A stretch of DNA of 60,659 nucleotides, from assembly GCA_964511155.1 (NCBI GenBank), contig CAZEEJ010000005.1, positions 1 through 60,659 on the forward strand, read 5' to 3'. The notes beneath the pieces are model-generated. The model did no database searches. It was not told the DNA's origin and was given only the letters and a program-made list of their open reading frames with translations. How positions within the stretch are numbered: the stretch's first letter is position 1; each line of letters starts with the position of its first letter. Below, piece by piece: positions 52,531 through 60,500 of the stretch. Source of the stretch: an uncultured Planctomycetales bacterium. GTDB taxonomy: Bacteria; Planctomycetota; Phycisphaerae; UBA1845; PWPN01. A program made the position numbers and the translations under genes.

Positions 52531-53705
52531 TCCTGGCCGCCGTATCGATCCCCGCGCTGGACCCCGTCGGGTTGCCCGCCCCGCCGGCGCTGTTTGTATT
52601 CCTGCACCTGCTGACCATGCTGCTGCACGTGCTGTTCATGAACTTCGTGCTGGGCGGCAGCGTGCTGGCAGTGGGGCTGAACGTCGCGGCTGCCGCGGGG
52701 CGACGGGAGGCCAATCCGATCGCCATCCTGATCCACCAGGCCATGCCGCCGATGATCAGCATGGCCGTCACCATGGGCGTGGCCCCCCTGCTGTTCGTCC
52801 AGACGCTGTACGGCCCGTTCTTCTACAGCGCCAACGTGCTGATAGGCTTCGCCTGGTTCTCGTTCGTGGTCGTGCTGCTGGTGGGTTTTTACCTGACCTA
52901 CTGGCTGACGTACCGCGGCAGTAACGCCCTGCAAGGCCGGATCGGAACCTGGGACGACAAGCCCCTGCGACGGCTGGCGGTGGGCACGCTCACCGCCGCA
53001 GGTTTTCTGTGGATCGCCTGGATCCTGACCAACAACCACGAGTTGAGCCTGCGGCCCGACCTCTGGGCGAACGAAGGCGCGTGGCGCAGCCCGCGCTGGT
53101 ATGTGCCCTCGGCCAGCACCCTCCCGCGATACTTGCACAACGTGGTCGGAGCCACCGCGGTGGCGGGCCTGTGGGTCGCGGCCATGGGCTGGTGGCGCGT
53201 CCGCCGGGGCACGGGCGAGCCCGAGGCCCAATTCGGCATGATCCGGTTGGGGCTCTTCGTTGCCGCCGGCCTGACCGCGGTGCAGATCGCCGTGGGGTTC
53301 TACTTCCTGTTCTCGCTCGACGGTGCGGTGGTCAGGCACATGGTCGGGTTCAAGACCCTCCTGGGTGGGATCTGGTCGGTGGCGCTGCTGGTGGCCCTCA
53401 TGCTGCCGATGGCTCTGGCCTTCGCGGCCATGCAGGTCCGCCGATTCGCCTGGTTCGCCGCGTCGGGCGGAGCGACCGTGCTGGTGGTGGCGGGCATGCT
53501 CTGCGGCCACGAGCAGGTGCGGCTGAGTTCGCTGGGCCGGCTCGAGCCCGAGCCCTTCTCCCTCGGTCTGTGGCAGGTCTTCCCGCAATGGACCAGTGTC
53601 ACCCTCTTCGCCCTCCTGCTGCTGGGCGGCCTGGGCACCGTCGGCCTGATGCTCTACTGGATCACCGACCGCACGGCCGCGGAGCGCACCCATAAGACAC
53701 CTTAA
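52527..53705 (+). CDS. Polytopic membrane protein, translationally coupled partner of the CydA-like protein
   Basis: ATGA overlap at 52527-52530. 392 aa with about 10 hydrophobic helices, starting MILAAVSIPALDPVGLPAPPALFVFLHLLTMLLHVLF. Corresponds to the C-terminal part of the listed 914-aa ORF. Confidence 0.7.
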   Translation: MILAAVSIPALDPVGLPAPPALFVFLHLLTMLLHVLFMNFVLGGSVLAVGLNVAAAAGRREANPIAILIHQAMPPMISMAVTMGVAPLLFVQTLYGPFFYSANVLIGFAWFSFVVVLLVGFYLTYWLTYRGSNALQGRIGTWDDKPLRRLAVGTLTAAGFLWIAWILTNNHELSLRPDLWANEGAWRSPRWYVPSASTLPRYLHNVVGATAVAGLWVAAMGWWRVRRGTGEPEAQFGMIRLGLFVAAGLTAVQIAVGFYFLFSLDGAVVRHMVGFKTLLGGIWSVALLVALMLPMALAFAAMQVRRFAWFAASGGATVLVVAGMLCGHEQVRLSSLGRLEPEPFSLGLWQVFPQWTSVTLFALLLLGGLGTVGLMLYWITDRTAAERTHKTP

Positions 53706-53712
53706 CCGCCCT

Positions 53713-53795
53713 CCGCACCCGCGGGACGCCGGTGCCACACGGTAGCGGTCGCCCCCCGACTTCGGCGAGCTCAGCCGAGCCGTGGCGACCGGCGT
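53713..53795. repeat. Composite family C/D repeat copy
   Basis: CCGCACCCGCGGGACGCCGGTGCCACAC followed by GGTAGCGGTCGCCCCCCGACTTCGGCGAGCTCAGCCGAGCCGTGGCGACCGGCGT. Matches 31309-31418. Confidence 0.8.
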
Positions 53796-53797
53796 AC

Positions 53798-53892
53798 AAC
53801 GAGCCGCGGGCTTCAGCCCGCGCGGCTCTCCGGTCGGGATCAACGCTTCCCTCACGCACAAGCACCGCGCGGGCTGAAGCCCGCGGCTCGTT
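53798..53892. repeat. Perfect 28-bp inverted repeat pair (AACGAGCCGCGGGCTTCAGCCCGCGCGG / CCGCGCGGGCTGAAGCCCGCGGCTCGTT) separated by 39 bp
   Basis: Read directly. Each arm also contains its own hairpin CGCGGGC-TTCA-GCCCGCG. Confidence 0.85.
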
Positions 53893-53919
53893 AGATACTA
53901 GACCTGGCCATGCGTGCCT

Positions 53920-54175
53920 GCGTGCCGGCGTTCAACGCATCATCTTGAACGGCAGCTTCGTCACGGATATAATAGAACCGAACGACGTGGACTGCGCGCT
54001 GCTGATCGGGCGAGGTTTTCCGAAGGATCGGGCGGCGGAAACGGAGCTTCGTGCTGGCCTGCCGTTCCTGGATATCGCGATCGTCCGACGAACGGACTTC
54101 GAGCGACTGGTCAAGGTGGTGTATGCGACCGATCGTTACGATGCGCCGAAAGGCATGATAGAGGTTATCTCATGA
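53920..54175 (+). pseudogene. 5'-truncated remnant of a DUF6932-like (GSFVT-motif, nucleotidyltransferase-fold-like) gene
   Basis: QRIILNGSFVTDIIEPNDVDCALLI... looks like the C-terminal half of that family. No plausible in-frame start lies between the repeat DNA and the conserved block. The listed ORF start (53732) lies inside family C/D repeats. Confidence 0.35.
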
Positions 54176-54372
54176 GCCTCAAGACTGACCGAGAACTCGC
54201 CAACACAAAGCGCAAGCTTCGTCTTCTGCAAGCCAGTCTCGAAGAGGCGCGCACTGACCCTGACGAGGATGAGCACATCCGCGAAGTGACGATGGAATCA
54301 CTCCGACGCCTGATCAACCAGTTCACGGAAGAGATCGCGCGCTACCAAGCCCATCAGCCGGCACGGCCATGA
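54172..54372 (+). CDS. Small (66 aa) helical protein coupled to the truncated upstream ORF
   Basis: ATGA overlap at 54172-54175. MSLKTDRELANTKRKLRLLQASLEEARTDPDEDEHIREVTMESLRRLINQFTEEIARYQ, predicted helical hairpin. No family recognised. Confidence 0.4.
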   Translation: MSLKTDRELANTKRKLRLLQASLEEARTDPDEDEHIREVTMESLRRLINQFTEEIARYQAHQPARP

Positions 54373-54427
54373 ACCAAGTACCCCAATCGCTCCCCAAAGT
54401 CCAAAGGACTTGGGCCACCCGGCCTAC

Positions 54428-54495
54428 AGGGCCGCGACCGTGAGGGAGCGGTTCTTCTCGACTGCGAGCGACCGCTCCCTGACGGTCGCGGCTCT
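54428..54495. repeat. Family E long hairpin (AGGGCCGCGACCGTGAGGGAGCGGT ... ACCGCTCCCTGACGGTCGCGGCTCT)
   Basis: Same stem sequence family as 2159-2220, with one stem mismatch and an 18-nt loop. Confidence 0.8.
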
Positions 54496-54560
54496 GAACA
54501 ACCGTCCCGCAGCCATCGAGGTCCGCAACGCCGGCGCGCAGAAACCAGGTGACGAGCCGG

Positions 54561-56999
54561 TCAGTCGTCGCAGGCGGGGTCGGCGGGGATCTCCGCGCCG
54601 GAGAAGCACAGACGCAAGCGGCTGAGGTCGTGCACATCCACGTCGCCGTCCTCACCCAGCCGGGCCCCCGCACAGGCGGGACCGTTTTGAGCCATGCCGG
54701 CACCGGTCAGGCAGGCTTGCAGCCGGGCGAAGTCGTCGAGGTCCACGTCGCCGTCCCGATCGAGGTCCGGCCCGACGCTACGCACATCGACGGATACCGC
54801 AAGGGTCTGCGAGCCGTTGAAGGCTTCCGGCGATGAAACGGTGATAGTAGCTTCGTGCACCCCGATGGGCAGGTCGGCCACGTCGTAGGATATCCCGATC
54901 ATGACGGGCTCGCTGCCGCACGTGCCGCTGTCCGGTTCCACGAGCAGCCAGTCGGCATCCACCGTCACGCTGTAGTTCAACGTCCCCGGCCCGGTATTGG
55001 CGACCGCGAAGCTGCCGGCGGTCAGGTTCTCTCGCCAATGGACGGAGCGCTCGAGCCGGTCGGGGCTGCGCCACAGCGTGGGAACCTCGATGACCACGCC
55101 GAAGGGGTTGGTGAAGGAGCTGCCGCCCTGGCCGGCCATTTCCGCCCGGACATAGGTGTCGATCCCGGGCGTGTTGAAGTAGTCGAGCGTCGGGCCGACG
55201 TGGATCACCACGCCCGCGGAGATCCAGCGGTAGTTCGCCTCGGGGAGCGGCTGATCGCCGGAGGAGGCAAATACCGTTATTGTACCCCCTGCGGCATCGC
55301 GAACGATCGCCTCGATCACCGGGGTCTGAGCGACGCTGCGAGACGCCGTCGGGGCGGTGGCCACGGAGCTGAAGTAGAACTGGCCGCGTTCCAGCGCCTC
55401 GCGGGCATGGCCCTCGGTCAGGCCAGCGAGGAGTAAGGTATTCCAATCGCGGCCGAGATGGCTGAGCGTGTGCATATCGTCGCAGGCAAGCCCCCATACG
55501 GGCCGGTCGGGCATCAGAATCGCCAGAACCTGGTCCCAGAGGTGCAGATCGTTGCCGGGCCAGACCGGCGACCAGTTGCCGTTGTAACGGCCACCCTGGT
55601 TGATGACCTCGAGACCGATGAGATGGTCGTACGTGGTGAACCAGCCGACGTAATCCTGAACCGTGTAGGTGTAGCGGCCGGGATGGTTGAGCACGGCCAG
55701 GCCGCCGGCCGCACCGACCTCCGTGAGCGTCTGCTCGAGATTGCTCGACGTGGTTTCGTACTGGATGAAGAAACTGTTCATGTGGTGGTGCTGGGATGTT
55801 TCGTTACCCGCGGTCGCCACCATGCCGAGCAGACCCGGGTCCCGGCCCCAGTTCTGCCACGGCCAGGTGCAGCGGTTGTGGTCGGTGAGGGCGAGGATCG
55901 TGTAGTCCCGCTGATGGTACTCGTCGATCGCCTGGGACGGGCTGAGGGAACCGTCACTCTGCGTCGTGTGGGTGTGCAGGTTGGCCTTGTGCTGCACGAA
56001 CGTGCCCCAGTCCACGTCCGCATACGGGTCTACCAGCGTGATCCATTCGTAGGCGAACACCTGGACGGACAAATCATCATCTTCGAGGCCCGCGTCGTTG
56101 GTTGTGGCGATCGTGGCGCGGCCCGCCGAGCCGATGTCCACGTGGATGGTTTGCTGATCGGGCCCCCCGGCGGCGAAGAGCACGGTCAGCACCCCGCCCG
56201 CCCCGCCGACGGGTGCCGCGACGGCCGGGTTGTCCGACGTGAGCGTGACCTGCACCGGATGAACGGCATTGCTGCCGGGCGCGATGGCCAGCACGACCGG
56301 CAGGTCCGCTTGGCCGGCCATCGTACGGATGAAGTCGGGCGTCAGGCGGACCCCGGTCACCGGCGGGCTGAAGGTGACGGTGAGCTTGGGTCTGCGGGCG
56401 GCATCCGTGCTCTCGCTACTGCGGATCTGAACGCCATCGGTGCCGGTCGGGCGGAAGATCCACCCGCGATTGCCCGTCGGGTTCGCCTGCCAGCCGACGA
56501 GGCTCGCCGTGACATTCAGGTCCATGCCGCCCAGAACACCGCCGTTGGCAGTGCCGACCAGGGCACCGTATTCATCGGGCTGTACGCCGGCATCGCCACC
56601 GAAGTTGTTGTACGTGGTGGACGCGGTCCAGGGCACCAGGACCTCGTTGACGTTACCGGCATGCCCGATATTGATGATGTCACAGGTGAGGATCGCCGAC
56701 TGGATCGTCGCCCCCGGCGGGATCTGCCCGGGGCCCGAGCCGAAGAGCCCCTCGAAGCGCAGCAGGCCATAGTTGACGCCCCCACCGTCGTCACCATCCC
56801 ACTCGATAACCGCAGCGGAGCCCTGCGGGGTGTCCGCCGCGGAACCTTTCAGGAACGTGTCCACCGCCCCGGCGTAGCCGCCCGCCCCCTGCTGGAAGAC
56901 AAGGCTCTCCGCCAAAACAGGCGACCCGGCAGCCAGCGTCACCAGAACCAGGGACACCAGCAGGGCGGCGCCTCTCTCCACCTGCCAAGGATATGCCAT
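54561..56999 (-). CDS. Secreted PHP-domain (metal-dependent phosphoesterase fold) protein with DNRLRE-like N-domain and a dockerin/EF-hand-like tail ending ADPACDD
   Basis: ATG at 56999 (MAYPWQVERGAALLVSLVLVTLAAGSPVLA) with GGAGG 8 nt upstream. PHP motif HTHTTQSDGS...ALTDHN. Tail DLDRDGDVDLDDFARLQACLTGAG...GEDGDVDVHDLSRLRLCFSGAEIPADPACDD. Confidence 0.85.
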   Translation of the reverse strand: MAYPWQVERGAALLVSLVLVTLAAGSPVLAESLVFQQGAGGYAGAVDTFLKGSAADTPQGSAAVIEWDGDDGGGVNYGLLRFEGLFGSGPGQIPPGATIQSAILTCDIINIGHAGNVNEVLVPWTASTTYNNFGGDAGVQPDEYGALVGTANGGVLGGMDLNVTASLVGWQANPTGNRGWIFRPTGTDGVQIRSSESTDAARRPKLTVTFSPPVTGVRLTPDFIRTMAGQADLPVVLAIAPGSNAVHPVQVTLTSDNPAVAAPVGGAGGVLTVLFAAGGPDQQTIHVDIGSAGRATIATTNDAGLEDDDLSVQVFAYEWITLVDPYADVDWGTFVQHKANLHTHTTQSDGSLSPSQAIDEYHQRDYTILALTDHNRCTWPWQNWGRDPGLLGMVATAGNETSQHHHMNSFFIQYETTSSNLEQTLTEVGAAGGLAVLNHPGRYTYTVQDYVGWFTTYDHLIGLEVINQGGRYNGNWSPVWPGNDLHLWDQVLAILMPDRPVWGLACDDMHTLSHLGRDWNTLLLAGLTEGHAREALERGQFYFSSVATAPTASRSVAQTPVIEAIVRDAAGGTITVFASSGDQPLPEANYRWISAGVVIHVGPTLDYFNTPGIDTYVRAEMAGQGGSSFTNPFGVVIEVPTLWRSPDRLERSVHWRENLTAGSFAVANTGPGTLNYSVTVDADWLLVEPDSGTCGSEPVMIGISYDVADLPIGVHEATITVSSPEAFNGSQTLAVSVDVRSVGPDLDRDGDVDLDDFARLQACLTGAGMAQNGPACAGARLGEDGDVDVHDLSRLRLCFSGAEIPADPACDD

Positions 57000-57075
57000 C
57001 GGGCTCACCTCCAACTGTTAAGGATAGGTAAAGACAACGGAGAACTCAAGGCGGTGCGGGCCAGAAGAAGCCCCG

Positions 57076-57226
57076 GCCCACAGATCACTCAGATGACGTA
57101 ACGTGGGCTCTGCCCACAACCCAAAACGAATCTCACGCAGAGGCGCAGAGACCGCAGAGACACTCAGCAACGCCTCTCTCTGCGATCTCTGCGCCTCTGC
57201 GTGAGATCTCCTCTGGCTGTGGGCAT
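57076..57226. repeat. Family F copy (57076-57097) followed by a large nested palindrome (about 57110-57226; core arms ATCTCACGCAGAGGCGCAGAGACCGCAGAGA / TCTCTCTGCGATCTCTGCGCCTCTGCGTGAGAT)
   Basis: Read directly. Outer arms CTGCCCACAACC / GGCTGTGGGCAT. Lies in the divergent spacer between the PHP and STAND genes. Confidence 0.8.
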
Positions 57227-57526
57227 AACCCGCGCTGCGACACCTGTGGATCATCTCCTGACTCGGACTACTGATCGGTCAGTGTGTGCTGGAAAGCAAG
57301 GCGCTCCCCGCCGACGGGCATCGCCGCTTCACTGCGTAGAGATCGCCCCCGGTGCCGGGGCCGACACCATGCAGAGTAGCTCCTGCATGCCGTTACGGAT
57401 GGTGAAGCAAGAGGCTTCCGCACACCGCCAAACTGGCATATACTGTGGGCTGCAACACGTGGCTGGCCGGCTCCGCCGGGGGACAAGCCCGGCCACCGCT
57501 CTGCGGGACAATCAGAGGATCGCCCG

Positions 57527-60500
57527 TTGGCCAAGGCCCCTACAGACGCTGCCTTCGTTATTACGGCCGCCGGGGTTGCGGGATTCGCCGTGCTGTGCGC
57601 GACGGGGATCGTACCCACCGCCGTCTTGGCAAGCGCGACAGGCGGCCTGGGTGCCAGCGTGCTCGCCGGCGTAATCGCCAACGCTCTGAGCGCAGCGGCC
57701 CGCTGCACGCCTTCGCGCTTGCGTTCCTCCACCAGTCTGGGCAAAAACAACGACCTCGTCCGGCTCACGGCGGACGCCGCCTACCATTGTGCGCGGACGG
57801 TAACAGAGCGGCGCCCGCGCTGGAAAGTTTGCTGCTGGGGCGAGCGTCGGGCGCTGGGGCGGGCCGCCCGCAGACTGCGAGAACAGTGGGCCAACGTGGA
57901 TGCGTCGAGTCTGGGCGAGACCTGCCGCTCTGAACGGGTCGTTGACTGGTTCCGGCAATCCATGACCGATGCGGCGGGTATTCCCGCTCCCCTGGATCTG
58001 CACCAGTGGAGGAACTTGGTCTACAACGCATGCGACGGCAAGCTCGCCACCAAGTTGCGCGACGAGTTGGCGGCCGAACTCCACGCGAAGTTCACGCGCT
58101 GGGTGCGCGAGCGTTTCAAGGCCGACGCCATGGGCGACACCCCGGCCAAGGGGCGCGCCTACGCCGCCCTCCAGATGGCGTTGCTGGGCGGGTTGTATGA
58201 AGCGATAACCCAGGTAGCCGATTCCAGCGAGCGCACCAGGGTGGGCGTCGATCAGCTTACCAAGGCCGTCGAGGACATCCGCCGGCGCGTCGACGACATC
58301 GCCAAAGCCCACCCCGACCTGAGCGAACTGGCCAACCAACTCCGGCAATCCGAAGCTCGATTGCTCGAAGCCATCGGCGCCAACCACGCGCCGCTTATCA
58401 CGCTTCCCAAGCCCGATCCCGAGGGCCCCCGCTTCGTCTTCCGTACCGAGCGGCTCACGCTTGTCGGCCGCGAGGCGGAACTGGCGGAACTCAACGGCTG
58501 GCTCGACGAAGAGCGCCCGTTCTCCTGGGATCTGTGGACCGGCCCAGCCGGCAGCGGCAAAAGCCGACTAGCTCTCCGCCTATGCCGCGAGCGGACGAAA
58601 GAGGGCTGGCGAGCGGGTTTCTACGACCACCAGAGCGACCACCCCGTCCGTTGGGACAACTGGGACCCTGCCCGCGACACCCTGATCGTCTTCGACTACG
58701 TTCACGAACGCGCCGATAAGATCGGCGCTGCCCTGCGCACACTGGCCGGCCGGTCGTGGCCCAAGGGGCGACGCGTGCGCGTGCTGTTGCTGGAGCGCGA
58801 GATCGCGCGACCGCCGGACGCCCCCAAGGAGGACGTACCGACCAAGGTCACCCAGGCGTTGCCCGGCTGGTTTGACGAGCTGATTCGTGAAGGCAAGCAG
58901 AACCCCGCCCCCTTCCGCGAGACGCACGCCCGTCAGGACATCGAACGACCCGAGCGTCCCATCGCCGGTGTGGATGACGACGCCCTTGCTGCCATGGTGC
59001 GGGAGGAGACGCGGCTTGCGACGGACGGAACGCCCGCTGTGATCGAGGATGATGAGGTCGCGAAGCGCATCAACATCATCAAGCAGATCGACCCGCGCGC
59101 CCGCCCGCTCTTCGCCGCGATGGCCGCCGAGGCGATTCGCGAGAACACGGCGACTGATGCTACGCTCGCGAAATGGGACGTTCGCGAACTCGTCGACTAC
59201 ATCCGCGACAAGGAGCACACCCGCTGGACCAAGGCATTGAAGGGGCATGGCGTCAGCGAATCTGCCGCCATCGCCCGCTGGGAGCGCTTTGCGTGCCTGG
59301 CCACCATGTGCGGGGGCTTGATCGGCGACGCCCGCCGAAAGGCCTTGACCCATAGCAACGCGGGGCTGCCGAATCGGGAAGACTGGCGCAACGGCGAGAC
59401 CTACCGCCTGCTGATCGCGGGCGGCTCCAACGACGAAGCCGCCCCCCTCGAACCGGATGTACTCGGCGAGGCATACGTACTCGATTGGCTTGGGGATGAT
59501 CCGGACTTTGCCAAGGGACTCGTTGATCTGGCCTGGCAAGTGGGTTCCGGAAGCGGCCAAGGAGCCAGCGGCCGCGCAGGCGGCGCCGGCTTTGCCGGCT
59601 TCCTCACCCGGGCGGCGCAGAACTTCCCCGACCATCCGATGGTCGATCAACTCCTTGCCCCCATCTCGGTAGCCGATCCGAGAGCCCTGGCCAACGCCCA
59701 CCTTGCGCGCACCCTGCGCCCCTTCCTGGCCGGTGATTTGACAAAACTTGCCGCACGCGGCCGCACGCTCCTGCTTGCCCCAGAGCAGCCCCCGCTCGTG
59801 CGGACACTCGGCGCACTCATGTGGACCCAAGGCCCTTTCTCCGCGGAGGCCCTCGACGAGTTGCTCGACGAGGTAGGTCCACTCAACAACCAACACACCG
59901 AGGACGCCGCCGTACGCGAGCTGTTGGCCCAGGGGCTGGCCAACGCGATCGCCCACGCCGGGGCCGACCACGACCGGGCGGACCGGCTGCTGGACGAGCT
60001 ACGCACGCTGCAACAGCAGCACGCCGAGGACGCCGCCGTGCGCGAGCAGTTGGCCAAGGGACTGAACAACGTCATCTTCCACGCCCGGGCCGACCACGAC
60101 CGGGCGGACCGGCTGTTGGACAAGCTGCGCACACTGCAACAGCAGTACGCCGAGGACGCCGCCGTACGCGAGCCGTTGGCCAAGGGGCTGAACAACGCCA
60201 TCGCCCACGCCGGGGCCGACCACGACCGTGCGGACCGGCTGCTCGACGAACTGCGCACCCTGGACCAGCGGTACGCCGATGACGCCGCCGTGCGCAGGCA
60301 GTTGGCCAACGGGCTGTTCAATGCCTTTAACAACGCCGGGGCCGACCACGACCGCGCGGACCGGCTGCTGGACGAGCTACGCGCACTGCAACAGCAGCAC
60401 GCCGAGGACGCCGCCGTACGCGAACGGTTGGCCAAGGGGCTGACCAACGCGATCGCCCCCGCCGGGGCCGACCACGACCGCGCGGACCGGCTGCTGAAAG

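Noticed and set aside
50961-53705. 914-aa plus-strand ORF spanning both cytochrome-operon genes
   Set aside because: Only its C-terminal 392 aa (from ATG 52527) look like a membrane protein. The upstream 520 aa are Arg/Gly/Pro-rich and lie out of frame over the clearly CydA-like 51106..52530 gene. The ORF is an open alternative frame, a high-GC effect, joined to the real second gene.
50803-53861. 487-aa (50803..52266) and 472-aa (52443..53861) minus-strand ORFs
   Set aside because: They are antisense to the two membrane-protein genes of the cytochrome operon. They are extremely His/Arg/Asp/Gly/Pro-rich, and the second runs into repeat DNA.
47619-57014. PEP-CTERM, LPXTG or T9SS-type sorting signals on the large secreted proteins, which would match the XrtA-type polysaccharide genes
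   Set aside because: None of the three C-termini shows a VPEP-like motif followed by a hydrophobic helix and a basic tail. They end in acidic, Cys-containing or dockerin-type Ca-binding sequences.
55458-57101. 547-aa plus-strand ORF
   Set aside because: It is antisense to the PHP-domain protein gene and has an R/G/D/V-rich shadow composition.
4422-57226. Dispersed repeats as IS elements or transposons
   Set aside because: No transposase, integrase or recombinase ORF is associated with any copy. The elements are 20-150 bp and palindromic, so at most they are REP/MITE-like. I could not verify target-site duplications.
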